NCBI GenBank assembly: GCA_029858565.1
Contig: JAOUEV010000001.1
Location: forward strand, 32,001 to 96,000
Length of the DNA stretch: 64,000 nucleotides
Direction of reading: 5' to 3'
DNA from: Nitrospirota bacterium
GTDB taxonomy: Bacteria > Nitrospirota > UBA9217
Part shown: in pieces, positions 61,668 to 64,000 of the stretch
Layout of the letters: each line of letters opens with the position of its first letter
How positions within the stretch are numbered: the stretch's first letter is position 1
Translations under genes and position numbers: made by a program
Notes under the pieces: model-generated
What the model was told of the DNA's origin: nothing
What the model saw: only the letters and a program-made list of their open reading frames with translations
The model's database searches: none

Positions 61668-61929
61668 CCAATCACTCCAAAAGGATAGGATTATCATCAA
61701 AAACAGGCCGGTTGCTCCTGGCCTGCTTGTATTGGCCGATAGTATACCAAAAGATTATAGTTTTATGAACAGGTTTTTTAGGTAATTTTCCCTAACCTCA
61801 AGGTCCGGAACAGCGCAGCGAGGAACGAACGTCCTGTCCAGAGCATGGTGGCAAGCCGTATCTGAGGGTATTCCGGGAGGCAGGAGCCCTGCCATTCGTG
61901 GTATAGTACTGCATAATGGTAGTGAACGC

Positions 61930-62388
61930 ATGAACAGATTACCTCAGCAACCTTCCCGTTTGCCGCATGGAATTCTCCTGGCGGTCATGGGACTTTTTCT
62001 CTGTTGTTCTCCGGCCTGTGCGCCGAAGAAGGCCGGAACGCTTCCGCCGGACCTTTTGCGGAATCTGGTGTGCAGGATCGTCACGTTCACCGATGGACCG
62101 GTACGGTCCATAGAACCGCTGATCGACAGGAATCTGGACACCTTGAGCAACGATCCGGCGGACCAGTCCCTCGGCACGGTGATCCACGATGGGAGAACGC
62201 TTGCGGCACGGGTGCAGCATGTGAGCGTGGCTTTGCCGCGCGAGCGATTCAACGTGGAAGTAACGGTCGATGGCGCGACCTACATCAGGATCAACCACAT
62301 GGACCTCGATATCTATCTTGAAACGACAGTGCAGGGCAGAGTATACGCGCTCCATTGCTTCCCGCCGTTCGCGGAGGTCCGGGACTAG
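61930..62388 (+). CDS. Hypothetical exported protein or lipoprotein
   Basis: Hydrophobic N-terminus with Cys residues. Confidence 0.55.
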   Translation: MNRLPQQPSRLPHGILLAVMGLFLCCSPACAPKKAGTLPPDLLRNLVCRIVTFTDGPVRSIEPLIDRNLDTLSNDPADQSLGTVIHDGRTLAARVQHVSVALPRERFNVEVTVDGATYIRINHMDLDIYLETTVQGRVYALHCFPPFAEVRD

Positions 62389-62390
62389 GC

Positions 62391-63353
62391 ATGGAGAGCG
62401 GAAGTATCATCGGTCCTAATAGGACCTTTGTTCATCATGACGGCGCCCTGGGAGATGTCCTCCTGTCGCTTGCGGTGCTTCGGGAGATCAGGAACAGAAG
62501 TTCGATGCTCCACTTCGCCGGACGGCCCGACATGGGCATCCTTTTCCGCGAATGCGGGCTGGCCGATGAAATATCGCCCGCAGGAGCAGCCAGATACGCG
62601 CCGCTCCACAGCGGCCGGATAGGCAACGACCTCACAGGATTCTTTCGCGCATTCGATCATGCGGTCCTGTTCACGGTTGATCCGTCGGCACAGCTGGGAA
62701 CGTCGCTGTCCTCATACATTCCAGAGACGGCCGTCATCCTAACCATCCCTCCACGCGACAAGAGCATACACGTGTCGGACTTCCGCTCACAGCAGTTCCT
62801 GCAGCTGCACCCCCCGGCGGATGGAAGGCTGCTTCCGGTCCCCCGTGAATATCAGGAACTTGCCGGAGCCTTGCTCGGCCGCCTGGGATATGACGGGTCC
62901 GCGCCGGTGATCGCCGTGCATCCGGGCAGCGGGAGCAGGGAGAAGTCATGGCCGCTCGAGCGGTTTTTCGCTGTGATCGACCGCCTGAGGGCCGCAAATG
63001 ATCCTTTTATGCTTCTGCTGAGCGGCCCGGCAGAAGATGAGGCGCTGAAGGACCGGATCGAGGCGTTCTCGCGGTCCCGGCAGGGCATCGCGCACCTGTC
63101 CGACCCGGACCTGGTCACGGTCGCCGCTCTTTTAAGCGCCAGTGACCTGTTCATCGGGAACGACTCCGGCGCTGGACATCTTGCTGCCGCGGCGGGTTGT
63201 CCGGTCCTGGCGCTTTTCGGTCCGACCGATCCCGTGCTCTGGAGGCCCCGCGGACGCAGGGTCGAGGTTCTTGCTGCTCCGGCACTTGCGGAGATCGAGG
63301 TCTCCCAGGTATATTCACGTGCACTGTCCATGCTTGCGCCGGAGAAATCATGA
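62391..63353 (+). CDS. Glycosyltransferase family 9 (heptosyltransferase-like)
   Basis: GALGDV, HPGSG..K.WP, GNDSG..HLAAA and LFGPT. Confidence 0.9.
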   Translation: MESGSIIGPNRTFVHHDGALGDVLLSLAVLREIRNRSSMLHFAGRPDMGILFRECGLADEISPAGAARYAPLHSGRIGNDLTGFFRAFDHAVLFTVDPSAQLGTSLSSYIPETAVILTIPPRDKSIHVSDFRSQQFLQLHPPADGRLLPVPREYQELAGALLGRLGYDGSAPVIAVHPGSGSREKSWPLERFFAVIDRLRAANDPFMLLLSGPAEDEALKDRIEAFSRSRQGIAHLSDPDLVTVAALLSASDLFIGNDSGAGHLAAAAGCPVLALFGPTDPVLWRPRGRRVEVLAAPALAEIEVSQVYSRALSMLAPEKS

Positions 63354-63979
63354 GATTCAAGATCGATCTGCACGTTCATACCAGCAACAGCGGTGATAAT
63401 GACGCCGATCCCGAGGAGATGATCGAGCGCGCCATAGCGCGGGGCCTCGACGGCATCGCCATCACGGAGCATTACACCTTTGAGGCCTCGGAGCATGTTG
63501 AAAAGCTGCGCGAGAAATTCCGCGGTGTCATCCTGATCGTCCGGGGCGTGGAATTCTCGGCGCGGGAAGGCCACTGTCTGGTCTTTGGCGTTGATACGGA
63601 CCGACTAGAGCTGAGATCGGCGCCGGCCGCTGATGTCGTACGCGCTGTTTCCGAGCGGGGAGGCGTTGTGATCCCCTCGCACCCCTATCGGAGCGTCAAC
63701 AGCCTGGGGGACCTGGTGAGGCAGCTCCCGGGGATCGTCGGGCTCGAAGGGTACAACGGCGCTAACATGCATGCAATGAACGTGAAGGCCATCGAGACCG
63801 CCGGCACGCTCAACCTCCCCTTTACCGGCGGATCGGACGCCCACAGTCCCGCTGAGGTCGGGTCCTGCTACACCGAATTCGATGTCCCCCTGTCCCAGGA
63901 TTCCTTTCTTGATCACCTGCGCAGCGGCAGTTACCGGGGCGTCGATACCAGGAAAATATCGCGCGCCCTTGTTCTCTAA
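63350..63979 (+). CDS. PHP-domain metallophosphoesterase
   Basis: DLHVHT, AITEH, GVE, HPYR and GGSDAH. Confidence 0.9.
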   Translation: MRFKIDLHVHTSNSGDNDADPEEMIERAIARGLDGIAITEHYTFEASEHVEKLREKFRGVILIVRGVEFSAREGHCLVFGVDTDRLELRSAPAADVVRAVSERGGVVIPSHPYRSVNSLGDLVRQLPGIVGLEGYNGANMHAMNVKAIETAGTLNLPFTGGSDAHSPAEVGSCYTEFDVPLSQDSFLDHLRSGSYRGVDTRKISRALVL

Positions 63980-64000
63980 CTTCCACTCCCAAACGAACAG

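Noticed and set aside
61780-61915. GC-rich intergenic stretch considered as a structured RNA
   Set aside because: No recognisable tRNA, SRP, 6S or riboswitch consensus

Overview
A GC-rich bacterial chromosome window that is mostly core genome, probably from an anaerobic or microaerophilic Nitrospirota- or Desulfobacterota-like organism (inferred from gene content). Housekeeping content: futalosine menaquinone genes (mqnD, mqnB) divergent from aroC-aroK-aroB, an octaheme HAO-family cytochrome, cheV-Hpt, beta-oxidation genes (fadD, thiolase, fadJ/B-type), a DEAD-box helicase, ftsB, GH57, glyQ-glyS, ppdK, galT, ribD and a selenocysteine (UGA)-containing selD. Accessory content: a decaying chromate-resistance cluster, an intact IS1182-family element, a B12-radical-SAM plus type III PKS pair, a Doc-type toxin-antitoxin module, and a roughly 4.3 kb island (hsdR remnant, HEPN-like ORF, orphan MazE) between the two halves of a REP-like inverted repeat. 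The most unusual locus is 33.0-34.7 kb. There a wHTH-MNT/HEPN pair has both catalytic motifs specifically replaced (GSx10DxD to GSx10NxN; HEPN R-x4-6-H absent). It is followed by two unannotated 19-aa Lys/Ala-rich histone-H1-tail-like micropeptide genes, each with its own RBS and downstream hairpin. No rRNA, tRNA or CRISPR array was seen. All family assignments come from motif recognition by eye, not database searches.
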